From the NCBI RefSeq assembly GCF_009914755.1, contig NC_060947.1: a stretch of DNA of 64,000 nt. The stretch is one strand, 5' to 3'. The translations under genes were made by a program, and so were the position numbers. This DNA comes from the human T2T-CHM13v2.0 reference genome, Homo sapiens. The notes below the pieces were generated by a model. That model had not been told where the DNA came from and did no database searches. It saw only the letters and a list, made by a program, of their open reading frames with translations. Shown here in pieces: positions 1-15,530 of this stretch (the stretch's first letter is position 1; every line of letters starts with the position of its first letter).

Positions 1-74
1 AGTTTGTGACCAGCCTGGCCAATATGGTGAAACCCCGTCTCTACTAAAAATACCAAAAAAAAAAAAAAAAAAAA
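1..74 (+). mobile_element. Alu fragment (end of left arm) with A-rich tract
   Basis: gaccagcctggccaatatggtgaaaccccgtctctactaaaaata followed by an A-run. Confidence 0.85.
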
Positions 75-351
75 TTAATTAATTTTTTAAAAAAAACCTT
101 TAAAATTTTTAAAGGAAAAAAACACACAACAGATAAACATGATGGAAACTAAAGATCCTAAAATTCATAGCAGAGTACAATCAATGCTCCTTTTGCTAAA
201 GAAGGGAATTTCCAAGTTTTGCACCAGCTACAAAATTCTGGTGATTTCCAAAATCCCTGCAGAGTACATTAAAGTTTGTGAGGCTGTAGAGGCCAAATTT
301 TTCTAAAGAAAGTATTTGTGTTCCCAGGAGATAAAAAAACAAAAAGCATTA

Positions 352-659
<308 letters not shown>

Positions 660-1869
660 TTAAAGTAGGTCAAAATGTTTGTCTTCAGTGTTCCCTGCCT
701 TAACATTTATAATGTCACATTACTGGTGGTATTTGTAAACAAAAGCGGCATCCAATTAAGATAGTTATTTTTATGACTGAAGGGTGGAGAAAGAAAATCA
801 ACACTTGCTACAAAGTTGGAAGGCAGCTAACATATTCTATAAACAGTATATTTTGAAAAAATAATCCTTTAAAAAATTCTGGTATAAATACAAACAGCCA
901 AGACAATGTGAGGAAGAAAAAGTCAAATTATGAAATTGTTGGTCTTTTCGGAGTAGACCTGAAGGCCTCCATTTAGGAGACAGTATCCCACACATTCAAA
1001 ACACATGAACTTGAGGAAATCAATAGTACTACTCACTATTGTAATAATAATCACAGAAACACAAATAACAATAGCAGCTACCGTTTGAGTTGTCGCCCCA
1101 TGCCAAGCACAATGCAAGAGGAGAGAAAAAAAATGAGGAAGGAACCCAAACAGCACGATGATGTAAAAAGACCTCTTTATTCAGAGCAACTAGACCTTAT
1201 AAAGTAGTTCTACTCCTGGTTTTATTACTAACTCTGCTTGGTGACCATGTGCCTAAATTTCTCTGGCCTTAACCTCTTAAGACCATTTAGCTCTACAAGT
1301 CCACAATTCTGAATCAAAGGACTACTACAGACCATTTAATTGGATACCACAAGGTGAGCTGAAATTTCCAGTAAAAGAACTATTCACTATTTTAGGCATA
1401 AGTATGTCAACCTCTGGCTGAGAATAAAATTTCTGCCACTAGTGTGTAAGATTAAGAGGAAATAGACATTTTTATCCAAAATAAAATGTTCTATAGGCCT
1501 ACATATCTGCTCATTAGGCAACAAAATTTTCACCTGTCCTGACCATATTTCACATGTTAATCTCCCAGCAAAACATGATCACTACTGTATCACCGCCCAA
1601 ACAAGAAATTAAATGCATATTTGAAAACCAAAATGTCATATATTTTTAAGGAAGGGCATAATTTTGTGTTTCAGTTTCTAAGTGATTACAAGTGTACAGT
1701 GAACCAAATGTCACCAACTTTTATCTCTGCCTTGCCAGGGCACATGAGGAAGTGAGGAAAATCTTCAAGATCTATTCCATTCTATAAGAGATGGCAGTAG
1801 GCCAACCTAGCACCTAACCTGGTCAGCCAGAGGTAAAGACTAGCTAAATAACACTTGCAGAATGATGAC

Positions 1870-2040
1870 TACTGAGTACTAGGAGCTATAAGAAGTGGTT
1901 TCACAGAGTATTAGCCCCATTTCACCAACGAGGACATTTAGAATCGGGGCGATTAATTTGACCAAGGTGACACAACTAGTAAGTGGTTGGGCCAGGATTT
2001 AAATACAGGTGTTCAAACTTCCAGGCCAATGCTCTTAGTC
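1870..2040. mobile_element. MIR SINE
   Basis: MIR core-like ccccattt...ccaaggtgacacaactagtaagtgg...ggatttaaa. Confidence 0.7.
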
Positions 2041-2253
2041 CTACACTATGCTGAAGAAAGATGCAGTCAAACGGTGACACAGCTGCAGTGACTTAACTCT
2101 TAACAGATCACAGCTGAAGCAGTGTACTGAGCAGCATGCACCCTTTGGGACGTAGGAGTCTATTAATACTTGAGAAGTGGGATGGGAGGTGGAGGGGTTG
2201 GCAGGGGAACTAGAAAGAAATGCAAATAAAGTCATTCCAGGACAGCATTCTCC

Positions 2254-2295
2254 AAAAGAATGCAAATTCTTTTATAAAAGAATTTGCATTCTTTT
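2254..2295. repeat. Perfect 42-bp palindrome with two octamer motifs
   Basis: aaaagaatgcaaattctttta|taaaagaatttgcattctttt: no spacer, no mismatch. Confidence 0.95.
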
Positions 2296-2566
2296 ATATC
2301 CTAGTTCATCCATTCAAGGGTAATTCAGGAAGCTTTGCACAAGTAAGTAATTTGTATTTTTAGCAAACTTTACGGTTTAAAGTAATATGCATAATCAACA
2401 AGCACTGTGAATCATAACGGAAGGCAAGTGAATGATCTTTCACCTATAACAAGACAAAGTGATTTTTTAAATAAACTGTCTTTCAGAGGAATACTTATTA
2501 TAGCTGGTATATGATCCATATACATGCAAATACATGTACACATACATAAATGCATCAGTTTCCTCA

Positions 2567-2788
<222 letters not shown>

Positions 2789-5700
2789 TCATCACATTTG
2801 TCCACACTTCTACCAAGCCCATAATTCTTGTCCAAGCATGCTGGGCCATAATCTGGCGAGAAAGTAGTAGGGAGAGGAGAAAACCTTGTTAGGGAATTCA
2901 AAATCCATTAAGCTCTTACTTGCTGACATAGTAAAGATTAGTAAAAGTGCTGTTTGAACCAACTGTTCTGAGGTCAACAGTGCAATTCTAAAATGATTAA
3001 AGAAAGTACCCTAGAGAAACAATATTTTTACTGCCAATCATTTTTCTTTCATCCACAGCCCAAATGAATCTTAACCATAACCTTCACTAGCAACACACTA
3101 ACTCACGAAAGAATGGACTGGGAATATTTCATTTATTATGCAACTACTGAGGACAACCTTTCAACTACCTTACTAGAGAACAGAAAGCATAATGCAGATT
3201 ACTTCTAAACACAAAATAATTGTGTATAAGTGTAAAGGTCAGAAATAGAATGGCTGCCTCTATTGAAGAAATGATCGACTTTTTCTAAAAAGAAACTAGT
3301 TATTTGGCTTTACAGGATAGTTTATTTTGCAATCTCTCAGAGCCTCATTGTTGTAAAGTTCCAATTCACACAATATATTTCTCATGCCCCTTTTACATTT
3401 TTAATAAGTAGACTCACCGAACCTAAAAGTTTCAAGATTGGGCTCTATTTTATCCCACCCTTTAATTTTGCTAAGGCCTCACTCTCTTCACTTTAATCAG
3501 GATAATACCCTTTTCTTATATAAATTTGGGACAGTCTCCTTGTATGGTACTATATTACCATATCTGAGACTACCACATATATAAGTCAAAGGATGCATGA
3601 CAGAAACAAATACCCATTTATATATTCCCATTATTTTTTAGAACTATAATTCCCCAACCTAAAATGTTTTAATATATGTAGTCACAAAGATTTTCCTTCC
3701 TTTCAGTGATCTATTTAAAGGTCAAAGGTATAAATCCCACCCTCAAAGTAATCATTTTAAGCAAGACTACTTAGAACTTGTAGTCTTCCAATTATCTACA
3801 ATGTCTGAAAGTACTCCAGTCTGAATTTGTGCATCTTATGTAGATGGTATGTGGAAAATTATTTCTTCGTTTAAAAATTAAAAATCACCCCCCAAGTACA
3901 GATAAAACCTCTTTGCCTTGCGTTTTCATTTAAGCTTATGATATTGCCTTCAAAATTTGTAGGGAATCATGCAAAAAGTAACTGGGACAAACTGAAGTAG
4001 AAGAGATTCAGGCTGTATATAACTCTGGAAAGCTACTCTGGCATGTGCTAAGAGAATTTGTGGGATCCCTGGAGACCTGGAAAAAGTCAGTTAAGTATCT
4101 ATGCTGGATAGCTTAGTTATTTATCTGCCTGCCCAAAGACAAGGCATTAGAACAACTGATTGTCCAAGGTCCTTCGCATGCTAAGAGTAAATGATTCATA
4201 GATAAATTTTCACACAGTTCCTGGAAACCAGTAAACAGTACCTTTACCAAGTGGTAGCTTTGATTTAGGGGCTTACTTCTCTGTTTGCAACTGTAATATA
4301 CAGGTTCTGACACAGCTTACTGATAAGAGCACCAAATTTTCCATAATATCCATTTTGTAAAACTTAAAAGTGAAAGTGTGTGCACCTGCCAGATGTATAG
4401 TTTATCTGGCTTCACCCCAGCTCCCACCTTCTGTTGCAGGTTAAGGCCTCTCTGTGGTCTCCACAACAGACCTGACTCTTATAATGTACCAATTTGAATT
4501 ACAGAAAATGCCAAGTCCACGTATACATTGCAATTTGCAACCTTTAATTTAATATTCATATGGCTGTTTAGTTTTTCACACAAGGAAGAAGTGGCTGCAG
4601 AGTAAATGAGGCAGGGTTACCTTTTATACAAGTTCTTAGTTAATTCTACAAGTGGAAAGGGGGAAGAGGCAAAGGAGGTAGAGAATCAGTGAAGTAGGAT
4701 ATGTCATGTGCTGTCAATATAGATTTTTCCCCTCAATTACAGCAACCACTGATTAACTTAAAACAGAAATGGACTAGTGCTTTCCCAATTCTGAATTGTC
4801 TTCTACATTCCATGCCAAAGAACAAAAGGAAAAAGCACAATACAATTTTTTTAGGCACACTGATATTTTTATTAATTCCCTACATTTGAATGACATTTCC
4901 AGTTTCACTAAGAGCTTTCCTCATACACTATCTCTCTGATCTTTTCTGAATAAGGCCTAAGTGGCCTCTATCTCCATTAAATTGGAGAAAATGGATTGAA
5001 ATTACTATGCAGGTTTGGGGTTTTGTGTGTGCACATCCCGGCAGTGATTGCTGTTAGATGATGAAACAGAAGCCTGAAAGAAGCAGCAGAATGTCCACTC
5101 CTGAGCATTTTCCAAAATAGCATTTTACAGTCTCTTTACCCTAAACAGGTTTGGGTTGAGACGTGCCTGAGACTGGGGGTGGGGTAGTATGAAGTAGGTG
5201 TCTTTTCCGTGCCTGTTTCACCCTAAAAGCTGATGAAACTGCAATGGCTGGTGGAATTTCCTGCAACTGTATAATAATATTTGGTTCACATAAAAAATAG
5301 CAATGCTGAACTCAAGTAAATTCAATGTAATTGCCCACCTGCTGCCAATATAGAGTGTTAAAAACAGTGGTGTTAGTTCCTGTGATTTTGAATAATGTAG
5401 GTGTCTTTGCCAAAGCAGAGAAACGCTAAGTAGAAATCATTTTTAAAATTCCCATTTGGATGGCACGCAGTGTAGTCTGGAGTGGGAGTGTGTGATTCCT
5501 GGCACCTCGTAATGAATTGTAATTCATTAGGAGTCCATCCTGTGCTGAACTGCTTCCCATTCAATTGTCCTTAAGAACAGCATTTCTTAAAACTGGAAAT
5601 ATGCTGGTACTGACTCTATTTTAATGACACATCACACTACATAATAAAGTATGGCAAATATTAAAAAATATGTTTACAATATATGAATTAACAGAGAAAG

Positions 5701-6124
5701 CAATGTAAATTTCTTTCTCAAGATAAAAATCAACCTTTTGTACTCCTAATTTATACCTCCATAGTATAAACTGAATGCTGTAAAAAAAAATAAAGCAAGT
5801 AATTTATACCCCAAAATGGCCTCTCAATAAAAAACCTAACACAGTAATTATTTAACTGGCACCATCTTAAAATCCTATGTCTTTGCTAGTCATAAAAAAA
5901 TGAAAAGCCATTGGAAATAAAATTTGTTCCTTGGTTGCCTCCAGACCTGACTAGATAAGAACTGAAGAAAAACAGAGACCTCAATACAAGACTGTTACTA
6001 TAAAAGCTGGCAAAAGGATCTGAAATAAAGCCTACCTCTATATCCTTTCCATTTGCTGGCAAACTTATATTTATGAGTTAGCCATAGATCTTTGACTCTT
6101 AATCCTGGTCACACAGTGGATTTA

Positions 6125-6230
6125 AACACAATACTGATGCCTGGTTCTTTTATTTAATATTTAATTTTTCTGGAAGCTCCCCAGGTGACAATTCTAATTT
6201 GCAAGCACAGCTAAGAATTACTGCCACAGA
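6125..6230. mobile_element. MER5-like (hAT-Charlie) DNA transposon fragment
   Basis: aagctccccaggtga...ttctaat...ctaagaattactg resembles the MER5 terminus. Confidence 0.5.
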
Positions 6231-8085
6231 CTCTTTCAAACAGTGATCGTCCTTAAATAACATCCTGCAAGTTTTTAGTATGCCAGCCATAATCTTGCAC
6301 TATTTCTTTAAATAATTTAAACAATTTGCTTTCCAAAGGTTAAAAATACAAATAACCCTCAGTGTTCCGTCCAACCATTTTAAGCTGCTCGCAAAGTAAG
6401 ATTCCCCTTCGACAATTTATTTTGCATGTGGTTATCTCCCATCAATTATTCAGATCACTGATAATGAGAATTACAGGCCCTGATATAATGCAAAGCTACT
6501 TGGATTATCAGCAAATAATCTTAAAACCGACGTAATCCCTGGCAGTTACAGCATTACTTTTATTGGTCATCGAACTGCTTTCTGTAAGCAACCACAGCAA
6601 ATAAAAGTATTTGCTCAAAAATGAACAAAAAAATTTCTTATTAAAATCTGAAGACTTGGCAATGATTTAAAATGGTTCTCCACTCTCCAGCCCAAAGCTA
6701 TTTTCTTCTCTGAAGCAGGAATATTTTTGAACAGCATAGTGTCTTAAAAAGGCCAAATTCAAAATTGAAAGAGCATTTCATCAAAATTTCAGATGTCTAC
6801 TAAAATGCTCCCAGAAGTCAGCATTTCCATACTAGGGCTGAAGGGGTGGGGGTATGGGGAGGAGATCACTACAGTGCCAGGAAACATTTCCAGTGTATTA
6901 AGCTTCTTGGTTAAAATAACTACAATGTATTCGGTGGTCAAATTGCTGAGGTTTCCAAGCCCACTCCATTATAACAAGCAAAAATGAATAAACTTAATGT
7001 GTAATTTACAATCATAACTCTAAAATGATCCTTAAAATTGCACTTTTCAGATTTTGCTTTTACTGCAACTTCTGAAGTGATTAAGCTGTCTCTCCTTTTG
7101 CCAAAGGAAGTGAAGCAAGACTGATGGGGCATTTTGTGTTGTTCTGCCTTTAAAGCTTAATTACAGTCATATTAACTGAAATTCTCAAACACCTGACCAA
7201 AGGACAAATGAATACATAAAGTTTATCCCTAAACACAAAGATTTCTCTAATTAGGCATTACCCAATGGCTTCACATTTAATTGAAAAAAAAAAACTACTA
7301 CAGGAAATGGATATTAAGCCTCACACAAACACCTAAATCAGCAAGCACAACACTTAAGAAAAAGACTGACCATGAGGATTTGGATAAGAACAATGCCTTG
7401 TTTGGAAGCTCAGAGTGGACCTTTCATTATCTCAAAGTGATCCACTGAGCAGTTTAATTTCACCAGGGACAATCAATTCTAAGTATTCCCAATCTGATCC
7501 CCCTTCCCCCACCATGCCCTTACTCCAAGAACTTCAGGGCTCAGAAATTGTGGCTCTAAAGACTGAAATGCAGCTTCATTAAAGGATTGCTAATAGAAAG
7601 TTGATGGATCAAAAATACTGTAAACATTCTGTGATTCAAGATTCTAACAGGAATTTTATCTTTTAATGATTCAGGTTCTTCCATTTATAGGAAGTAACCT
7701 GCGACTCTCAGTGTTCCTTTGGGGTCTCAGCAACTCAACTTCCCTTATTAACAGAATCTTTCCTAACCCAAAGCCTGACAATATGCACAGAAACTTAACC
7801 AGCAAGTATACAAAACCTCAGAAGTTCCCTTTCACTTTCACCCTACCCATCTCTACACACAGCCTTTCATTCCAAACACTTAACAAAATTTAAAACTCTA
7901 AATAAGGAGATTCTTAACTCTTAAAGATAGGAGCAGTGAGGCTGAAAATCCAGCTAACCATTTACGATTACCCTCAGGAAATGGATAAAAATATACATGC
8001 AAATAAAAAGCAGGAATAAAGCAGGCCCCAAGACCTCAAAACCCAACCTGGCTGAAAAGAGGAGAAATAAATATAGATTACAAAC

Positions 8086-8121
8086 CTCAGAGGCTGGAGG
8101 GAGAGATGGGACCATCTGCAT
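8086..8121 (-). CDS. ATP11C: ATP11C alternative first coding exon (coding part, MQMVPSLPPASE); 5' UTR extends to higher coordinates, TSS not determinable
   Basis: Minus strand ATGCAGATGGTCCCATCTCTCCCTCCAGCCTCTGAG|gtttgt: 36 nt, phase 0, joins the 2755-2636 exon in frame and gives the recalled ATP11C isoform start MQMVPSLPPASECAGEEK. Confidence 0.9.
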
Positions 8122-9352
8122 ACTGACATGCAGAAATTTGGCAACACAATGGCAGCTAAATCTCAGAGAGAATGCTGCAGATTATCAAGCAACTTGTACC
8201 AACCCCTGTGATCCTTGTAAAGTTTCCCAGAACTTGGGAAGTGAGCCAATTATGGCTTGCCTAGTTCCTGTACTTCCATGGGAGGCAGCAAAGGAAGCAT
8301 CAGATGACAGTCTATTCCTTAAGAGCTCAAAGCAGTACTCTGGCGGCCTTAGCCCCATTATTGCACCATTTCATATCTTTTTGTTATTCTTCTCCAAAGA
8401 CCTGATTTGCCTTTGTAACTTCTGTATTTTAAGGTGTTATTATTTTAAATATCAGTATCTTACACCACACAGTAATTTTTCCTCATCTTGGGAAGTTCTT
8501 TTCTAATCCCTGCCTACAATAAATGGACCACAATAAAAAGTGGGGCTAAACAATAAGCTTCGGAGGAAAGTTGAATTGAACTTTTAGTTGTAGTTTAAGA
8601 GGAAGAGACATAATCTAAGTATTCACTATGATACAGTTTCTCCACCCTAAGAGTCACTGTAATACAGTAAATTCAAGCTTCAAAAATATATGCAACAAAG
8701 GCCTAAGCAGATGGTTTATGTGGAAAGGTCCCTTAGGGATGGAAGACTTTTCTCACTATTTAGATATCTCAGAGGTAAGAAAGTTATATCTCAGCAGCCA
8801 ACAGTAATATCTAGCAATCGCAAGGAAAAAAGCCAGTGGATATTAGGGAGAAAAATGCCTTGACCAGCATCATTACCTAGAAGAGATAAATTCTCATCCA
8901 AAAATTACTTTCTAGATCACCACAGAAGAATTTTTATTACAGTTTAAGAAGAGATAAGAAACTCTAGCTGGAGCAAAAGAAAAAATATTGTAAAACTGGT
9001 GTCTGACGACCTGAACAGGGTTTTATTTCTTTTTTCAGTGATAGTGTCATTACTATAAAAGTGATGTTTCCTAGAAAGGTCTGCCAGTTCAAATACAAGT
9101 TGGAGTGTGTCCAGCAAAACCAATGAATGCATTTTTCCAAGTAAACTGTTAAATACCATACAAAAAGCAAACTGGCTTAAAAACTGCCCGAGCTGTAAAT
9201 GTAATTAATTTAAAGAGCACATCCAGGCTATAACTTTTCTTAACATCCCCAACAAAAGAGGTAGATAAAAAGCAAGTTTCCATTGTGGAGCATGGCTTAG
9301 TTGAATAAATGAAGAAAGTAAAGGGTTTCGGGGCGGGGGGCGCATTCTTCCT

Positions 9353-9636
9353 GGACCTGGCACAGTGGCTTGGACCTGTAATCCCAATGCTTTGCTTGAG
9401 GCCCAGAGTTCCAGACCAGCCTGGTCAAACATAGTGAGACCCCTGTCTCTACGAAAAAAAAATTTTTTTTAATTAGCGGGGCATGCTGGCACACACCTGT
9501 AGTCCTACCTACTAGGGAACCTGAGGCAGGAGGACCACTTAAGCCCAGAAGTTCGAGGTTACAGTGAACTATGATCACCACTGCACTCCAGCTTGGGCAA
9601 CAGAGTAAAGACCCCATCTCTTTAAAAAAAAACAAA
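9353..9636 (+). mobile_element. AluJ SINE
   Basis: Dimeric Alu with J-type motifs; TSD cattcttcct. Confidence 0.88.
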
Positions 9637-10685
9637 CATTCTTCCTACAGGGAAGGCTTTCAGGGCAAAATCTGGAGAGGACAGGGAAAGCAAGACAGTT
9701 ATGACTCTGAGAAATATTATTTACATTTTTTTTTTCTTCAAAATGAGACCTGGAGAAAATGGCTTAGTTGAGCCTCATTTCCTTATCTATAAAATAAGGT
9801 CACATAACGTAAGAGACTGCTTACAGCAGGATTAACAGAAACACCCAGAAATCACTTTAAATGACTGTAAACTATTCGCAGGAACAAAGGATGAGGTTTG
9901 CAGATGTTAACAAACTATAGGAATATTGAAACTCTAGCAACTGGGCCAGCATGGAACTAGGCAACGTCCTCAACATAACCCACATGTAAATGTTTTATTT
10001 AAAGCAAGAAAGTTTCTGGCTCTACAGAAGAGGCACGGGAAATTTTGGTGCTACCCCTGCCTAAAGGGGCAGGATGAATTATGGTCCACTAGCAGAGAGT
10101 GCTTGGTTTTGAAAACACTGTTCTTCAGTGTTCATGAAGAGGACTAGAGTTAGCCAGGGAGCTTGACAAGTGCCATGTTTGATGACAACTGAGGGCCACT
10201 GGAGGAGCTTATGGAGGCTGCTGTCCAGAACATATACCGTTAGTATTTTGGAACTGTTGATCTGACATCCTGACAGTAAAAATAGGAATTCGTTTCTCCC
10301 TTTGTGGCAGAGTACACAGGCACTTGGGAACTGCACTGGAATTATTGACACTGTCTCTCCATCATCTCTTCCCTCTCCCCAAAGCTTTGGATTTGAAGCT
10401 TCTGTGCACTATAAAGACTGGATGCTGCTATAAATATAACTGATGATCTGATTGTAATTATTCCTAAAACATGCTTAAAAGAGACTATATAAATTAGCAA
10501 GACGTTTGAAATGTAATGTATAACTTGGATATTGAAGCATAAAAAGAAGAGCACGACAAATATTCAGTAATGCCTTACATATAAATAAAAATTGTTTAGA
10601 TTGTTAAATTTTAATGTGCCTTTGAGTACTGCCAACTAGGAATGCCACAGTAAGATAAATGGCAAGAATATCAGGACACCACACT

Positions 10686-10940
10686 CAATGTTCCCCAGAC
10701 TGAATTACATGGAACAAGTTAATAATGAGGTTCCTTAGAGAAAGGGGAAGCCCACCCCTCCTCCTGGTTATTCACAATGCATACCCATGTAGTAAAAGCT
10801 CCATAAAGTCTTGAAGAAACCTCTTTTAACTTTGTGTAAGTCAGCATTTCCCAAAATTTTTTGACCACAGAACTCTTTTCTTCCCACAAGGAAAATCCAG
10901 TGACATCACATTCTGTACAACATGTTTTGGGCAATGCTAC
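10686..10940. mobile_element. hAT-Charlie-type MER DNA transposon remnant
   Basis: Terminal-inverted-repeat-like cagcatttcccaaa and tttgggcaatgct motifs. Confidence 0.4.
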
Positions 10941-11346
10941 TGTAATATACCTCTTATCTCAGCAAACATGTCTACATATCTGGGCTACATCTATGCTAGA
11001 GTCCACTGGTAGAAAAAACACATGGTATTCACAATCAGCTATACTGGCAAAGCACTCAAGGTTATGAGGTGAGATCAGTGTTGTATTTGTGACAATTTCT
11101 ATCCATGTATGCCAAAAATTGATAAAATTAAGTATTTGGCTATGATCCCAGGTGGGTGTTTTTGCTTCTAAAGCTTAATAAAGAGAGGCAAGAAACCAGG
11201 AGATCAAGGTCCTAATAGCCTTCTACCATCAATCGGTCTGTATGTGTCTTGGGGAAGTCCTGGCATTGGTTTCTTCATATGTAACTTGGAGAGGACTTGA
11301 CTAAATAATCTGATCTAAAATGAAGCAGGGGAAAGTGGGGCCAGAT

Positions 11347-11637
<291 letters not shown>

Positions 11638-11678
11638 GTGGGGACGGACTTTCTAGCAATAAAACTTGAAATGTGGCC

Positions 11679-12011
<333 letters not shown>

Positions 12012-12043
12012 TCACTTGCCACCTGTTTCAGCCTAGTCCCCTA

Positions 12044-12549
<506 letters not shown>

Positions 12550-12927
12550 CTAATGCCTTTAAAAAAAATGTTTAAGTACAAACTGACTAGATAAAACTCC
12601 TTCAAGGTGCTAATTTTGGTACACTAGAGGGTACATTGGTTCTTTCAGGCTTTTAAGATGCCCACTTAAAGCACCACAGTAGCAATTTACTTAATGGTAA
12701 TCTTTAAATGTGAAAAAATGAATGCCTTCTCAAATGTGCCTATTACCCTAGGGAAATTGTTTACTCCTCTGATAAAACAGAATGAAATCCATTTCCCAGC
12801 AACCAAGGTACAAACAACTGCAAGTAAATCAGGTTAGAATTAACTACCATGAGGGCAATTTTTAAAATTAATAAACCTCTTAGAATACAAATCTTACCTA
12901 TACACAGGATTTCTGCTGTAAAATGAA

Positions 12928-12959
12928 AACACACACACACATACACACACACACACACA
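12928..12959. repeat. (CA)n microsatellite; (UG)n on the ATP11C pre-mRNA
   Basis: acacacacacacatacacacacacacacaca. Confidence 0.95.
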
Positions 12960-14341
12960 GGGACAGGGAGGAGAGATAAAGCCATTTGAAATAATTTTTA
13001 TTAGAGTGGATACATTCAAAACGCATGACTTCACAAAAACACCACTCACACTAAAGGCCAAACCACCCTCAAACCAAACAATTTTCCACAAAACAAATGT
13101 TTTTTACCAAATAAGACAAACAGTAGTTAGAAGTTCTATTCAAGTGTATGACTGAAAATAGCAATGGGGTATTTCTAAAGCACACATAGGGGGTATCTAG
13201 AACCATTATAAGAATTTACAGCCAACATTAAAAAATGCCTAGGAAGCTTTAAACAGAAAATAATACTTTCAGCTAAATCATGAAACAACACAGTAGTTGT
13301 AGGTTTCTTCATTAGGAAACCTTTGCTCAGTGGAATGCAAGCAGCTTAGTTATGACTAGTACTCAAAAATTAAAAGTTCATAAAGACTCAATTCTCCTGA
13401 CTGCAATGCATTTCACTCCAGTTTGCATTATTATAAAAAGCACATGTGTATGCAACATGTTAATACAATTCTAAGTCTATTCTTACTCTACTTTGTAAAC
13501 TCGGATATGATGTAAAATGTTCTACATGCTGTCAAATAGAAAATAGTTATAGCATTACTTAAGGGAAGAAAAATGGCAGAACCCAATGAAATATAGGCAG
13601 TCCTCAAAGAATGGAATTAAAGTGCATTTGCATTGGTAGCATTATTAATGAGGACTGATAGACCTCAAATTAATGGTGGACTGATAGTCTGATTACTTCA
13701 GATGGACAGGAATCTGAATGATCTTTATATAGTCAGTGTACTTGAGTATTCTACAATGTTCTGCTGACATCTCAGCTTGGTTCCCAGTCATTTACTATAA
13801 GCAAATACAACTATTCCCTGCATGCTGAGCACAGCTAAACTAAAACAAAACAAAAACAAAAAGGAGAAGGGTAGAAATACAAATGTGTCAAACCAATAGA
13901 AAATTGCCTATGATGAGAACGTTCAGCTATAAGACTACATGGGGCTTCCTCATAATTCTCAATGCAACTCTCAAAAGACACCTCCAATAGAAGAGTTGTT
14001 AAATGATTTAACCAATACATATGTTCAGAAGGAAGAAACTTCTTTGGATGTGAGATTAGTCCTTTAGACTGCTTCTTCAATCCTAAAAATAGTATATAAG
14101 AGAAAAACTGGGGTTCTCCTAATAGTTGCAGGTCTATCTCAGAAAGCAATGTACCAGAATGCTGTTGGACTCAAATTTTATGAATTTAGAATCCAATTCT
14201 GTCCAATATACCTTTGAGTTTTACTTCTATTTTCATACTGTGAAATAACCATGTAATAAAGTACCAAGGAATGAAATATTCACTGCAAATAAGGGGAAGT
14301 TCATTCATGCATTCCAGATGGCGTGAATGAACAGCCTGTAA

Positions 14342-15333
<992 letters not shown>

Positions 15334-15389
15334 TAACTCCCTTGCCTAATAGTGGGTCACAAGGTAAATCCGTTAACACAGTTGATGCA

Positions 15390-15530
15390 TCCATTCAACC
15401 AATATTTATTGAGCTCCTACTATGTGTACAGCACTAGAGACAGGGTGATGAGTAAAAAAGACATAGTCCTTGCCTTCAAGGAGCTTAGAGTATAGGGAGA
15501 GGGGAGACCGGGCATTCATCAAATGCTCAT
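15390..15530. mobile_element. L2 3'-end fragment
   Basis: cattcaaccaatatttattgagctcctactatgtg...ccttgccttcaaggagcttagagt. Confidence 0.65.

Noticed and set aside
72-116. AT-rich near-palindromes after the Alu A-tract
   Set aside because: Low-complexity decay of a poly(A) tail.
3411-3430. ttttag|GTTCG|gtgagt 5-nt micro-exon-like pattern on the minus strand
   Set aside because: Poor polypyrimidine tract, frame-shifting length and no other support.
7997-8506. 169-aa plus-strand ORF, the longest in the window
   Set aside because: Antisense to the ATP11C alternative exon, no recognisable domain, and composition typical of chance ORFs.
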